From: an uncultured bacterium
GTDB lineage: Bacteria > Actinomycetota > Actinomycetes > S36-B12
Assembly: GCA_963700255.1 (NCBI GenBank)
Contig: CAVOWW010000029.1
Location: forward strand, 47,721 to 111,720
Reading direction: 5' to 3'
Length of the DNA stretch: 64,000 bases
Shown: positions 1 through 9,393 of the stretch, piece by piece
Position numbering within the stretch: position 1 is the stretch's first letter
Layout of the letters: each line of letters starts with the position of its first letter
Notes under the pieces: model-generated
Database searches by the model: none
The model's input: only the letters and a program-made list of their open reading frames with translations
Told to the model about the DNA's origin: nothing
Translations under genes and position numbers: made by a program

Positions 1-1
1 C

Positions 2-754
2 AGGGGCACGTCCATGCTGCTCTCCGACGTCGACCTGCTGATCACCGAGGGTGAGCGCTGGATCGTCATGGGACCCAACGGTGCTGGCAAGACCACGCTC
101 CTCCTCCTGGCCTCCGCGCGCATGTTCCCCACCTCGGGGGAGGTGGAGCTGCTGGACGAGGTGATGGGGGCCGTCGACCTGGCCGACCTGAAGCCGCGCA
201 TCGGCTGGGCGAGCAGCGCCATGGCGGCCGACCTGCCGCCGGGGGAGTCCGTGGCCGACGTCGTGATGACGGGTGCCTGGGCGGTCTCAGGTCGGTGGCG
301 CGAGCAGTACGACGAGGCCGACCGTCAGCGTGCGGAGCGGCTCCTCGAGGACTGGGGGATCGCACACCTGGCCGGTCGTACGTTCGGCACGCTGTCCGAG
401 GGGGAGCGGAAGCGCACGATGATCGCCCGCGCCCTCATGAGCGACCCCGAGCTCCTCCTCCTCGACGAGCCCGGCGCCGGGCTCGACCTGGGCGGCCGGG
501 AGGATCTCGTCGAGCGGCTCGGCCGGCTCGCCCTCGACGAGGACGCGCCCACCCTCGTCGTCGTCACGCACCACGTCGAGGAGATCGCCGTCGGGTTCAC
601 CCACGGACTGCTGCTCAGGGGCGGCCGCGTGGTCGCCGCCGGTCCGCTGCCCGACGTGATGACGGCGGAGGCGCTCAGTGAGGCCTTCGGCATGCCGATC
701 ACCGTGCAGCACGAAGCCGGGCGCTGGTTCGCGCGGCGCACGGCCAGGGACTGA
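2..754 (+). CDS. ABC transporter ATP-binding protein, 5' end outside the window
   Basis: Walker A GPNGAGKTT, ABC signature LSEGERKR, Walker B LLLLDEPGAGLD. The frame is open to the window edge and Walker A lies only about 20 aa after the first Met, so the true start is upstream. Confidence 0.85.
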   Translation, partial: RGTSMLLSDVDLLITEGERWIVMGPNGAGKTTLLLLASARMFPTSGEVELLDEVMGAVDLADLKPRIGWASSAMAADLPPGESVADVVMTGAWAVSGRWREQYDEADRQRAERLLEDWGIAHLAGRTFGTLSEGERKRTMIARALMSDPELLLLDEPGAGLDLGGREDLVERLGRLALDEDAPTLVVVTHHVEEIAVGFTHGLLLRGGRVVAAGPLPDVMTAEALSEAFGMPITVQHEAGRWFARRTARD

Positions 755-762
755 ACGGCCTC

Positions 763-1509
763 ATGGAGCCGCTGACGTTCGCCCTGATCGCGGCCGCGGG
801 CTTCGCCGGGGGCTTCATCAACGCAGCCGTGGGGAGCGGCACGCTGATCGTCTACCCGGTGCTGCTGGCCACCGGGATCCCCCCCGTGGTCGCGAACGGG
901 ACCAACACCGCCGGGCTCTCGCCCGGCTCCTTCATGTCCGCCTGGGCGTACCGGGCGGAGCTGCGCGACCGCATGACGGTGCTGCGCCGACCGATCCTGG
1001 CGACGGTCGTCGGAGCGGCGCTCGGGGCCACTCTCGTGGTGGCGCTGCCCAGCACGGTGTTCGTCTCCGTGGTGCCGTGGCTCGTCGGCCTCGCCACGAT
1101 CCTCGTGGCGCTCCAGCCGGTGCTCGCGAGGACGGTGAAGGCACACCGTGCGGGGCACCCGAGACGGGTCTGGCCGTGGACCGGCCTGATCGGCGTGTAC
1201 GGGGGCTACTTCGGTGCCGCCCAGGGCGTCATGCTCATGGCCGCCCTCGGACTCGTGTACGACGCGGATCCCCAGCGGGCCAACGGTGCCAAGAACATCC
1301 TCGCCGCCTGCGCGAACGTCACCGCCGCCGCGGTCTTCGCACTCAGCGGTGCCGTGTCCTGGCCCGCTGCCGTTGCCGTGGCTGCGGGATCAATCCCCGG
1401 CGGGTACGTGGGCGGCCGGATCGCCCGACGCCTCCCCGGCTCCGTGCTGCGGGCACTGGTCGTCGCGATCGGGATCGGTGCCACGCTGTACCTCGTGCTT
1501 GGCGGCTAG
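763..1509 (+). CDS. TauE/SafE (TSUP) family membrane transporter
   Basis: 248 aa polytopic protein. N-terminal AAGFAGGFINAAVGSGTLIVYPVLL and glycine-rich helices are typical of the TSUP/TauE family. Confidence 0.75.
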   Translation: MEPLTFALIAAAGFAGGFINAAVGSGTLIVYPVLLATGIPPVVANGTNTAGLSPGSFMSAWAYRAELRDRMTVLRRPILATVVGAALGATLVVALPSTVFVSVVPWLVGLATILVALQPVLARTVKAHRAGHPRRVWPWTGLIGVYGGYFGAAQGVMLMAALGLVYDADPQRANGAKNILAACANVTAAAVFALSGAVSWPAAVAVAAGSIPGGYVGGRIARRLPGSVLRALVVAIGIGATLYLVLGG

Positions 1510-1571
1510 TGCGCCCTCGCGCTTGTACCGTGGCCAGCATCATCCGCATCGCCTGAGAGGACGCCGTCACC

Positions 1572-2288
1572 GTGGTCATGAGAGTGGTGCTCGGCGCGGC
1601 AGGCGTGCTGCTGCTCCTTGCCGGGCTCGCCATGGGGGGGCTCGCCACCTGGGCCGCGGTCGTCTTCGGCTCGGACGGCGCCCTTCGCTTCGAGGCGGGC
1701 ACCATCACTCCGGCCCCCGGGACGCTCGCCACGATCATCGATGTCGAGCGGTTCAGCGCGACGGTCCCGTACGTCGACAGCCTGGGCACCACCCGCCTGT
1801 CGGTCACCTCGGGTGAGGCGGGCGACCCTTCCGACACGGTGTTCCTGGGTGCTGCTGGGACGCCGGCGGTCGACGCCTACCTGAAGGGGACGCCATACTC
1901 GGTCGCCCTCCGCGAGGGCGGCACCTGGAGCGTGCGGGAGGTCCCTGGCGCGGCGGTCCCGCTGCTGCCCCGCGAGCAGGACCTGTGGATCACCGACGAC
2001 GTGGGGCGCAGGGCATCGATCCAGGTGCCATCGGATCGACCGCTCACCCTGGTCCTCATGCACCCCTCCGCCATCCCCAGCGGCCCGCTGTCGCTCACCG
2101 TCGACTTCACCGTCCCGGGAGTGGCGACCTGGGTCGTGTGGCTGCTCGTGGGGGCGGGGGCCCTGCTCGTCTTCGGGGCGGTGCTCCTCCTCGTCGCCGT
2201 GCGTCGACGGACGCGCACCGGGAGGCACGCTGCCGGGGCATCATCGATGGCAGGGGAGGAGGTGAGCCATGTCGCACCCGTCGGATGA
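1572..2288 (+). CDS. hypothetical membrane-anchored protein
   Basis: N-terminal (VVLGAAGVLLLLAGLAMGGLATWAAVV) and C-terminal (WVVWLLVGAGALLVFGAVLLLVAV followed by RRR) hydrophobic helices flank about 170 aa. No family recognised. The 3' end overlaps the next gene by 20 nt. Confidence 0.45.
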   Translation: MVMRVVLGAAGVLLLLAGLAMGGLATWAAVVFGSDGALRFEAGTITPAPGTLATIIDVERFSATVPYVDSLGTTRLSVTSGEAGDPSDTVFLGAAGTPAVDAYLKGTPYSVALREGGTWSVREVPGAAVPLLPREQDLWITDDVGRRASIQVPSDRPLTLVLMHPSAIPSGPLSLTVDFTVPGVATWVVWLLVGAGALLVFGAVLLLVAVRRRTRTGRHAAGASSMAGEEVSHVAPVG

Positions 2289-2850
2289 GGACCCCGCGTC
2301 CACCCGGATCCTCACGGTCCCCAACGCGCTCAGCTTCGCGCGCCTGCTGGGCGTGCCGCTCTTCCTGTGGCTCATCCTGGTGCCGCAGGCGGATGGCTGG
2401 GCGTTCTGCCTGCTCGCCGTCGCCGGCGCCTCGGACTGGGTCGACGGATACCTCGCCCGACGGCTGAACCAGCGCAGCGAGCTCGGCGTCATCCTCGATC
2501 CGCTGGCAGACCGCCTGTACATCGCGGCCACCCTGCTCGGCCTCGCGCTGCGCGAGCTCATCCCGTGGTGGCTGGTCGGCATCCTGGTGGCTCGCGAGCT
2601 CTTCCTCCTCGCCCTCCTTCCCCGGATCCGCCGCAGCGGTCGGCTGGCGCTGCCCGTCACCTACGTCGGCAAGAGCGCGACCTTCTGCCTGCTGTGGGGA
2701 TTCCCCCTCCTCCTGCTGGGCGGCCTGCCCACGTTCGGCACCGCTGCCCTCGCCTTCGGCTGGGCTTTCGCGCTCTGGGGAACCTACTTGTACTGGTGGG
2801 CGGGCATACGCTACGCACAGCAGGCGTTCGCACTTCGCGCGCCGGCGTGA
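2269..2850 (+). CDS. pgsA: CDP-alcohol phosphatidyltransferase (PgsA2 / actinobacterial cardiolipin synthase family)
   Basis: Motif DWVDGYLARRLNQRSELGVILDPLADR (D-x2-DG-x2-AR...G-x3-D-x3-D) in a multi-helix membrane protein. Same position as Rv1822/SCO1389 relative to the following genes. Confidence 0.85.
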   Translation: MSHPSDEDPASTRILTVPNALSFARLLGVPLFLWLILVPQADGWAFCLLAVAGASDWVDGYLARRLNQRSELGVILDPLADRLYIAATLLGLALRELIPWWLVGILVARELFLLALLPRIRRSGRLALPVTYVGKSATFCLLWGFPLLLLGGLPTFGTAALAFGWAFALWGTYLYWWAGIRYAQQAFALRAPA

Positions 2851-2863
2851 CGACGGGGATGCA

Positions 2864-5359
2864 ATGCAGGCAGTGGTGATGGCTGGGGGCGCGGGAACGC
2901 GGCTGCGCCCGCTGACGACGGCTGTCCCCAAGGCGCTCCTCCCCATCGTCGGCGAGCCCATGCTGGCGCGGGTCATCCGCCTGCTGAGCCAGCACGGGGT
3001 TGACCGGTGCGTGGTGACCCTGCAGCACCAGGCCAGCGTCGTCCTGAAGTACTTCAGCGCCGACCGCGTGGAGGGGGTGGGCCTGCGCTTCCTCACGGAG
3101 CCCCGTCCGCTGGGCACCGCCGGGAGCGTGCGCTACGCGCAGGCATGGCTCGAGAGCGACCAGGACATCCTGGTGATCTCAGGCGACTGCCTCACCGACA
3201 TGAACCTCGAGGCCCTCGAGCAGCGTCACCGCGAGGCACGTGCGGACATCACGATCGCGCTGGCCCGCCGCGCTGATCCGCGCAACTACGGAGTGGTCTC
3301 CATCGACGCGGACGGCTGGGTCCGGGCGATGGTGGAGAAGCCCAGCTGGGGCGAGGTCTCGGACGACACGGTCAACACGGGCGTCTACATCGTCAGCCCG
3401 TCAGTGCTGGAGTCGATCCCTGCCGACGAGCCGAGCGACTGGGCCCAGGACATCATCCCGGCGCTCCTCGCACGCGGGGCGCGTGTCCAGGGGGTCGTCA
3501 TGGACGGGTACTGGGAGGACGTCGGCACCTTCGCCAGCTACAGCCGCGCGCAGCGCGATGTGCTCGACGGCCTGGTGCACAGCGAGGTCGACGCGTTCGA
3601 GGTGGCGACGGGAGTCCTCGTCGCCACGGGTGCCGAGCTGTCGCCCGATGCCGATGTCCGTCCACCCGTGTACATCGGCCCGTTCGCGAAGATCGAGGCC
3701 GACGCCATCATCGGGCCGTACACGGTGGTGGGCACCAACGCGCTGGTCCGCTCTCGCGCTGTCGTGGATCACACCGTGCTGCACCCCAACGTCTACGTCG
3801 GGAACGACGCGGACCTGCGCGGCTCGATCGTGGGGCGCGCCACCGAGATCCGCAGGGGTGCGCGAGTCCTCGAGGGCTCGGTCATCGCGGACGGGTGCAC
3901 CATCATGGATGGTGCCGTCATCGGGACCGACGTCATGATCTATCCCGGCAAGACCATCGACGAGGGCACCGTCGTGGACGAGTCGGTGGTGTGGGAGTCA
4001 CCCGCCCAGCGGCAGGTCTTCAGCGACAGCGGCGTCCGGGGCATCGTGAACGTCGACATGACACCCGAGCGCATCGTGCGGCTGGCCGCGGCGTTCGCCA
4101 CGACGCTGCCGAAGGGCGCGACCGTGAGTGTCGGTCGCGACCACTCGCGGGCCGCCCGCGCGCTGAACCGGGCGCTGGCGGGGGCACTCACCGCCGCGGG
4201 CATCAACCTGCGGGACCTTCGCGCGGTCACGACGGCCCTGGTCCGCAACGACACCGCCCGGTACTCCGACGGCGGCGTGGTCCTCCGCACGACACCGGGG
4301 CGCCCCGACAGCATCGACGTCCTCTTCCTCAACTCCCACGGCGGCGAGATCAGCAGCCACCAGCGCGAGGCGATCGAGCGGATCTTCACCCGCAAGGAGT
4401 TCCGTCGACCGCTGCCGTCCGACATCGGCGACATCCGCACGCCGCATCGCGTCCTCGACGACTACGCGAACGACGTCGAGGCGGAGATCGCCATGGACGC
4501 TATCCGTCGCGCCCACCCGCGGATCGTCCTCGACGCCGGCGGCGGTCCGTCCGTCGGCGTGCTGTCGATGATCATGGGCCGGCTCGGGCTCGACGCGCTC
4601 ACCGTGGGCGCGGCGATGGAGGAGGAGGCCGCCGCCGACCAGGCGCCGTACCGCGAGGCCGCGCTGCGTCGGCTCAGCGGCCTGGTCGTGTCGTCGGGTG
4701 CTCGCATCGGTGCCCGGCTGGGGCCGACGGGTGAACGGCTGAGCATCGTCGACGAGCTCGGTCGCGTGATCGAGGACGGCCGGATGCTCCTGATCATGCT
4801 GGACCTCATGGCGGCGAGCCGGCACTCGGGCTGCGTCGCGGTGCCCGTGACGACAAGCCGCCTCGCGGAGGAGGTCGCCGCCTACCACGGCACCTCGGTG
4901 CGACGGATCGGTGCCGGCTCGGCCGCGCTTGCCGCCGCTGCCACCGAGCCCGATGTGATCCTCGCCGGGGATGGCCGGGGCCGCTTCGTGCTGCCCGCCC
5001 TCGCTCCGGGGCCTGACGCGATCTCCGCCCTCATGATGCTCCTGTCCCTGATGGCGGACACCGACCTCAGCCTGAGCCAGCTCAACTCGCGCATCCCCGC
5101 GACGTCCGTCATCGCACGAACGGTCACGGTTCCGTGGCACCGGCGGGCCGGGGCGATGCGTGCCGTACGCCTGAACGCCGAGGGGACCGAGGTCGACACC
5201 CTCGACGGCATCCGCGTCGTGCACGACGACGGCAGCTGGTGCCTGGTGCTGCCGGAGGACGACCAGGCCTGCCTCACCCTGTACGCGGAGGCGGCCGACG
5301 CGCAGACCGCTGAGGACCTGCTCGACCACTGGCAGAAGGTCGTCGAGTCCGCGTCATGA
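2864..5359 (+). CDS. sugar-1-phosphate nucleotidyltransferase (ManC-like) fused to a phosphohexomutase-like domain
   Basis: 831 aa. N-terminal GGAGTRLRPLT...PKALLPI nucleotidyltransferase signature, a central hexapeptide-repeat region, and a C-terminal PGM/PMM-like fold. Confidence 0.8.
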   Translation: MQAVVMAGGAGTRLRPLTTAVPKALLPIVGEPMLARVIRLLSQHGVDRCVVTLQHQASVVLKYFSADRVEGVGLRFLTEPRPLGTAGSVRYAQAWLESDQDILVISGDCLTDMNLEALEQRHREARADITIALARRADPRNYGVVSIDADGWVRAMVEKPSWGEVSDDTVNTGVYIVSPSVLESIPADEPSDWAQDIIPALLARGARVQGVVMDGYWEDVGTFASYSRAQRDVLDGLVHSEVDAFEVATGVLVATGAELSPDADVRPPVYIGPFAKIEADAIIGPYTVVGTNALVRSRAVVDHTVLHPNVYVGNDADLRGSIVGRATEIRRGARVLEGSVIADGCTIMDGAVIGTDVMIYPGKTIDEGTVVDESVVWESPAQRQVFSDSGVRGIVNVDMTPERIVRLAAAFATTLPKGATVSVGRDHSRAARALNRALAGALTAAGINLRDLRAVTTALVRNDTARYSDGGVVLRTTPGRPDSIDVLFLNSHGGEISSHQREAIERIFTRKEFRRPLPSDIGDIRTPHRVLDDYANDVEAEIAMDAIRRAHPRIVLDAGGGPSVGVLSMIMGRLGLDALTVGAAMEEEAAADQAPYREAALRRLSGLVVSSGARIGARLGPTGERLSIVDELGRVIEDGRMLLIMLDLMAASRHSGCVAVPVTTSRLAEEVAAYHGTSVRRIGAGSAALAAAATEPDVILAGDGRGRFVLPALAPGPDAISALMMLLSLMADTDLSLSQLNSRIPATSVIARTVTVPWHRRAGAMRAVRLNAEGTEVDTLDGIRVVHDDGSWCLVLPEDDQACLTLYAEAADAQTAEDLLDHWQKVVESAS

Positions 5360-6174
5360 CCACGCCGGTGACCGATCATCCCGGTGCGACCGACGAGGGC
5401 GTGCTCGAGAGCTTCCTCGCCCAGGTCGTCGTCGACGACTACGCCGGCGTCGTCCCTCGCCACGAGGGGCCACGTCAGTGGACGCGGCACTGGCCCTCCC
5501 TTGCCGTGCTCGTCATCATCGGCGTCGTGGTGGCAAGCGCCGTCATCAGCACCCGCACCTCCGATGAGGCTCGCCAGCAGACACGCGACGCGCTCTCGGA
5601 TCGCGTGGCGTCCCTGTCCGCGTCGATCGACGAGCGGCAGGCGGCGGTGGACGAGCAGTCCGCCGCTGTCGACGGCCTCCAGGCGGAGGTGCTTGCGGCC
5701 GGCGCCGCCAGCGGAACGGACGTGGAGACGGCGGCGCTGGCCTCGCAGGCAGGCAGCACGGCCCTGTCCGGCCCGGGGCTCACCGTCACCATCGACGATG
5801 CCCCGGATGCCGAGGCGGGGTCGCTCAACCAGGTGCTGGACCGGGACCTTCAGGACATCGTCAACGTGCTGTGGAGCATGGGGGCCTCCGGGGTGGCCGT
5901 GAATGAGCAGCGGCTCACCGGAGTGACGGCCATCCGCGGCGCCGGCGGCGCGATCCTGGTCAACTACCAGCCCCTGACCCGGCCCTACACGGTGACGGCG
6001 GTGGGCACGACGACGAGCGGGGAGGAGGACTCCGCGCTCCAGTCGCTGCTCACGGGGCTGGGCACCGACTACGGGCTCGTCTCGCAGGTGGGCAGCGGTG
6101 ACGTAGCGTTGCCGGCGGGCGAGCTGCGCGCACCGCGCTTCGCACGGGTGGATCAGGGGGGTGGAGAACAGTGA
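5356..6174 (+). CDS. DUF881 domain-containing protein
   Basis: Single N-terminal TM helix, a coiled-coil-like Ala/Gln stretch, and C-terminal GPGLTVTIDD...LQDIVNVLW...AVNEQRL as in DUF881. Rv1823-like position. Confidence 0.75.
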   Translation: MTTPVTDHPGATDEGVLESFLAQVVVDDYAGVVPRHEGPRQWTRHWPSLAVLVIIGVVVASAVISTRTSDEARQQTRDALSDRVASLSASIDERQAAVDEQSAAVDGLQAEVLAAGAASGTDVETAALASQAGSTALSGPGLTVTIDDAPDAEAGSLNQVLDRDLQDIVNVLWSMGASGVAVNEQRLTGVTAIRGAGGAILVNYQPLTRPYTVTAVGTTTSGEEDSALQSLLTGLGTDYGLVSQVGSGDVALPAGELRAPRFARVDQGGGEQ

Positions 6175-6503
6175 TCGCGATCATCGGTCTGCTCGTGGGC
6201 GTCGCGATCGGCGTGCTCTGGCATCCCGTCGTGCCGCTGTGGCTGGAGCCCTACCTGCCCATCGCGATCGTCGCGGCCCTCGATGCCGTCTTCGGCGGCT
6301 TCAGGGCACTGATGGAGAAGCGGTTCGACGATCGCATCTTCGTGGTGAGCTTCCTGTCCAATGTCGTCATCGCGGCCTTCCTCGTCCTCCTCGGGGACCA
6401 GCTGGGCGTCGGCGCGCAGATGTCGACCGGAGTCGTCGTGGTGCTGGCCATGCGCATCTTCGCCAACGCGGCGGCCATCCGGCGGATCCTGTTCCGGGCG
6501 TGA
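6171..6503 (+). CDS. small basic protein (DUF1290, Sbp-like) membrane protein
   Basis: 110 aa, three hydrophobic helices, GTGA overlap with the upstream DUF881 gene. It is sandwiched between two DUF881 genes, as in other actinobacteria. Confidence 0.75.
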   Translation: MIAIIGLLVGVAIGVLWHPVVPLWLEPYLPIAIVAALDAVFGGFRALMEKRFDDRIFVVSFLSNVVIAAFLVLLGDQLGVGAQMSTGVVVVLAMRIFANAAAIRRILFRA

Positions 6504-6507
6504 CGGC

Positions 6508-7242
6508 ATGAGCGACGCACCTGCACGCGAGGACTCCCCACTGCCGAGCCCCGAGCCCCCGTCACCACGCTCCCTCCTCGGCCAGCTGGCGTTCCAGCCG
6601 AGCCGGCCGCACCTGTTCATCGGGGTGCTCTTCCTGGTCCTGGGCCTGCTCGTCACCCTCGCCATCGTCCGACCGGGGGAGGACGAGCCGTGGCGGAACG
6701 CGCGCACCGAGGACCTGGTCCAGATCCTCGACGACCTCGGCGCGCGGCAGGACCGGCTCGAGGCCGAGTCAGCCAGGCTGACGGCGCTGCAGCGCGACCT
6801 CGAGGCGGGATCGACGGTCGACGCGATCGCGGAGGCACAGCGCCAGCTCGAGGCACTGCAGGTCCTCACCGGCACCACGCCCGTCGTCGGCCCCGGCCTG
6901 ACCATCGTCATCACCGACCCCGACGGCGTGGTCGACGCCCCGCTCCTGCTGGACGCCGTCCAGGAGCTTCGCGACGCGGGAGCCGAGGCCATCCAGGTCG
7001 GCACGACCCGCGTGGTCGTCGACACCTGGTTCGCTGACGCCGACGGGGCGGTCGTGGTCAACGGGGAGCCGCTCACGGCGCCGGTGCGGGTGGTCGCGAT
7101 CGGCGATCCCGAGACCATGGCCGCCGCCCTGAGCATCCCCGGCGGGCTGGCTGACTCCGTGCGCACGCGGGGCGCCGATTTTGCCGCTTCGACGTCTCAG
7201 GCCCTGAGCATCTCGGTTACAGTTCCCGAGACGACCGACTAG
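6508..7242 (+). CDS. DUF881 domain-containing protein
   Basis: Start moved to ATG 6508 (MSDAPARE...), just after the sbp stop. C-terminal GPGLTIVITD...LLLDAVQELRDAGAEAIQV matches the paralog at 5356-6174. Confidence 0.75.
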   Translation: MSDAPAREDSPLPSPEPPSPRSLLGQLAFQPSRPHLFIGVLFLVLGLLVTLAIVRPGEDEPWRNARTEDLVQILDDLGARQDRLEAESARLTALQRDLEAGSTVDAIAEAQRQLEALQVLTGTTPVVGPGLTIVITDPDGVVDAPLLLDAVQELRDAGAEAIQVGTTRVVVDTWFADADGAVVVNGEPLTAPVRVVAIGDPETMAAALSIPGGLADSVRTRGADFAASTSQALSISVTVPETTD

Positions 7243-7250
7243 GAGGACAC

Positions 7251-7634
7251 ATGTACCCCGAGGACATTCGGTACACGGCAGAGCACGAGTGGGTGCGGGC
7301 CACCGAGTCGGGCACGGTCGTGTTCGGGATCACCGACTTCGCGCAGGATGCGCTGGGCGACATCGTCTACGTGTCGCTGCCCGCGGTGGGGGACTCGCTC
7401 GCCGCCGGTGCGGCCTGCGGAGAGGTCGAGTCGACCAAGAGCGTGAGCGACATCTACGCGCCGCTGGCCGGCGAGGTGGTGGCCCGCAACGAGGCCCTCG
7501 ACTCGGCACCCGAGACGGTCAACAGCGATGCGTACGGAGGCGGGTGGATGGTGGAGCTGCGTCCCGCGGATCCCTCAACCCTGGACGCCCTCCTGTCGGC
7601 GGCGGACTATCGCGCCCTGGTGGAGAAGGCCTAG
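7251..7634 (+). CDS. gcvH: glycine cleavage system H protein
   Basis: 127 aa. YTAEHEWV..., lipoyl-lysine motif GEVESTKSVSDIYAP. AGGAGG-like RBS (taggaggacac) upstream. Confidence 0.95.
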   Translation: MYPEDIRYTAEHEWVRATESGTVVFGITDFAQDALGDIVYVSLPAVGDSLAAGAACGEVESTKSVSDIYAPLAGEVVARNEALDSAPETVNSDAYGGGWMVELRPADPSTLDALLSAADYRALVEKA

Positions 7635-7639
7635 GCCTG

Positions 7640-8155
7640 ATGCCGATGACCTGTCCCAGCTGCGGGCACGAGAGTGCGGCCGACGACCGATTCTGCGGGG
7701 CGTGCGGCGTGCCGCTGTCGGCGGAGGCCTTCGAGAGCATCGAGCACACCGGGTCCATCACCTCGATCATCTCGGCCGGACCGGGCACCGGTTCGGGACC
7801 GATGAGCGCTGTGGGGTCCGGAACCCAGTTCGACCTCGAGTCCGGCAGCGCGCTGCTGGTCGTCCATCGCGGCCCGGGCGAGGGCCAGGAGTTCGTCCTC
7901 GACCAGGCAGCCGGCGTTCTGACGGTCGGACGTGCGCCCGAGGCGGACATCTTCCTCGACGACGTGACGGTCAGCCGCCACCATGCCGAGCTGCGGCACG
8001 GCGCGGAGGGCTGGAGCGTCCGTGATGTCGGCAGCCTCAATGGCACGTACGTCAACCGAGTCCGGGCCGACGATCAGCACCTGATCGGTGGCGACGAGGT
8101 CCAGATCGGGAAGTTCCGCTTCGTCTTCCTTCTCGGACTCGAATCGGCGACATGA
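7640..8155 (+). CDS. zinc-ribbon and FHA domain-containing protein (GarA/OdhI genomic slot)
   Basis: Start at in-frame ATG 7640 (MPMTCPSCGH...). CPSCG-x11-CGACG zinc ribbon. C-terminal FHA (VGRAPEADIFLDDVTVSRHHAEL...GSLNGTYVN). Confidence 0.85.
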   Translation: MPMTCPSCGHESAADDRFCGACGVPLSAEAFESIEHTGSITSIISAGPGTGSGPMSAVGSGTQFDLESGSALLVVHRGPGEGQEFVLDQAAGVLTVGRAPEADIFLDDVTVSRHHAELRHGAEGWSVRDVGSLNGTYVNRVRADDQHLIGGDEVQIGKFRFVFLLGLESAT

Positions 8156-8877
8156 CCGAGCGGGTCGGGGAGCCCTCGCCGCCTGTCGTGTCCGGCACGA
8201 TCAGCATCGGCGAGGTGCTGCAGCTGCTCAAGCGGGAGTTCCCGGACGTCACCATCAGCAAGATCCGGTTCCTCGAGGCAGAGGGGCTGGTGACCCCGGA
8301 GCGGACGGCGTCGGGATACCGGCGCTTCGCCCAGCGCGACATCGACCAGCTGCGAGCCGTGCTCACCCTGCAACGCGACCAGTACCTGCCCCTCAAGGTG
8401 ATTCGCGATCACATCGAGTCGGGAATGGCCGACCCCGAGGCAGCGGCGAAGCTGCCCGTCGCGGGGACCGGTCTGCGGCCGGACGACTTCCGCGCAGGCG
8501 CTGGCCGCGTGCGCATGACGCGCGAGGAGCTCGCGGAGGCCTGCGACCTGACCGAGGCGTACATCGCTCAGCTGGAGTCCATCGGCATCGTGTGGGCCTC
8601 GCCGGCGGGCCACTACGACGAGGACGCCCTGGCGATCGCCAACGTGGTCTCCCGGCTGTCGGCGTTCGGCCTCGAGGCCCGGCACCTGCGCTCGTTCCGG
8701 GTCGTGACGGATCGGGAGACGGGCCTGGTCGCGCAGATGGCCACGCCCTACTCGCAGCCGCGCGACCGGGACGGCCGGGCCCGCGAGCAGGAGGTGGTCC
8801 GGGAGCTGGCCGCGCTGCTCATCCAGCTGCACGCGACTCTGCTCAGGGCTGAACTCATCCGTGGCGGTCGAGCCTGA
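8152..8877 (+). CDS. MerR family transcriptional regulator (FtsR-like)
   Basis: HTH ISIGEVLQLLKREFPDVTISKIRFLEAEGLVTPERTASGYRRF. ATGA overlap with the FHA gene. Rv1828-like position. Confidence 0.85.
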   Translation: MTERVGEPSPPVVSGTISIGEVLQLLKREFPDVTISKIRFLEAEGLVTPERTASGYRRFAQRDIDQLRAVLTLQRDQYLPLKVIRDHIESGMADPEAAAKLPVAGTGLRPDDFRAGAGRVRMTREELAEACDLTEAYIAQLESIGIVWASPAGHYDEDALAIANVVSRLSAFGLEARHLRSFRVVTDRETGLVAQMATPYSQPRDRDGRAREQEVVRELAALLIQLHATLLRAELIRGGRA

Positions 8878-8919
8878 CGCACGGGGTGCAATCGGCGCGG
8901 GTCGGGCTACCCTGTTGGT

Positions 8920-9393
8920 GTGCTGGATCTCGAGGTCGTGGGCGTGAGGGTCGAGATGCCCTCGAACAATCCGATCGTGCTGCTGCGCGAGCGTGACGGC
9001 GGTCGCTACCTGCCGATCTGGGTGGGAGCCGTGGAGGCGACCGCCATCGCCTATGCCCAGCAGGGCATCGTGCCCCCCCGGCCGCTGACCCATGACCTGC
9101 TGCGCGACATCCTCGCCGCGCTCGGCGTGACGTTGACCGAGGTGCGCATCACCGCCCTCGAGGACGGGGTCTTCTACGCCGTCCTCGCCTTCAGCGACGG
9201 CACGGAGGTCAGTGCCCGCCCCTCCGACGCGATCGCGCTCGCCCTGCGCGTGGACGCGCCCATCCGCGGAGCGGACGAGGTGCTCGATGCCGCGGGCATC
9301 GACATCCCCGACGACGAGCCGGCGCCGGCCGAGGACCAGGTCGAGAAGTTCCGGGAGTTCCTCGACCAGGTGTCCCCGGAGGACTTCGGCTGA
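8920..9393 (+). CDS. bifunctional nuclease family protein (DUF151)
   Basis: PIVLLRERDGGRYLPIWVGAVEATAIA...PRPLTHDLL is typical of DUF151. GTG start. Confidence 0.85.
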   Translation: MLDLEVVGVRVEMPSNNPIVLLRERDGGRYLPIWVGAVEATAIAYAQQGIVPPRPLTHDLLRDILAALGVTLTEVRITALEDGVFYAVLAFSDGTEVSARPSDAIALALRVDAPIRGADEVLDAAGIDIPDDEPAPAEDQVEKFREFLDQVSPEDFG

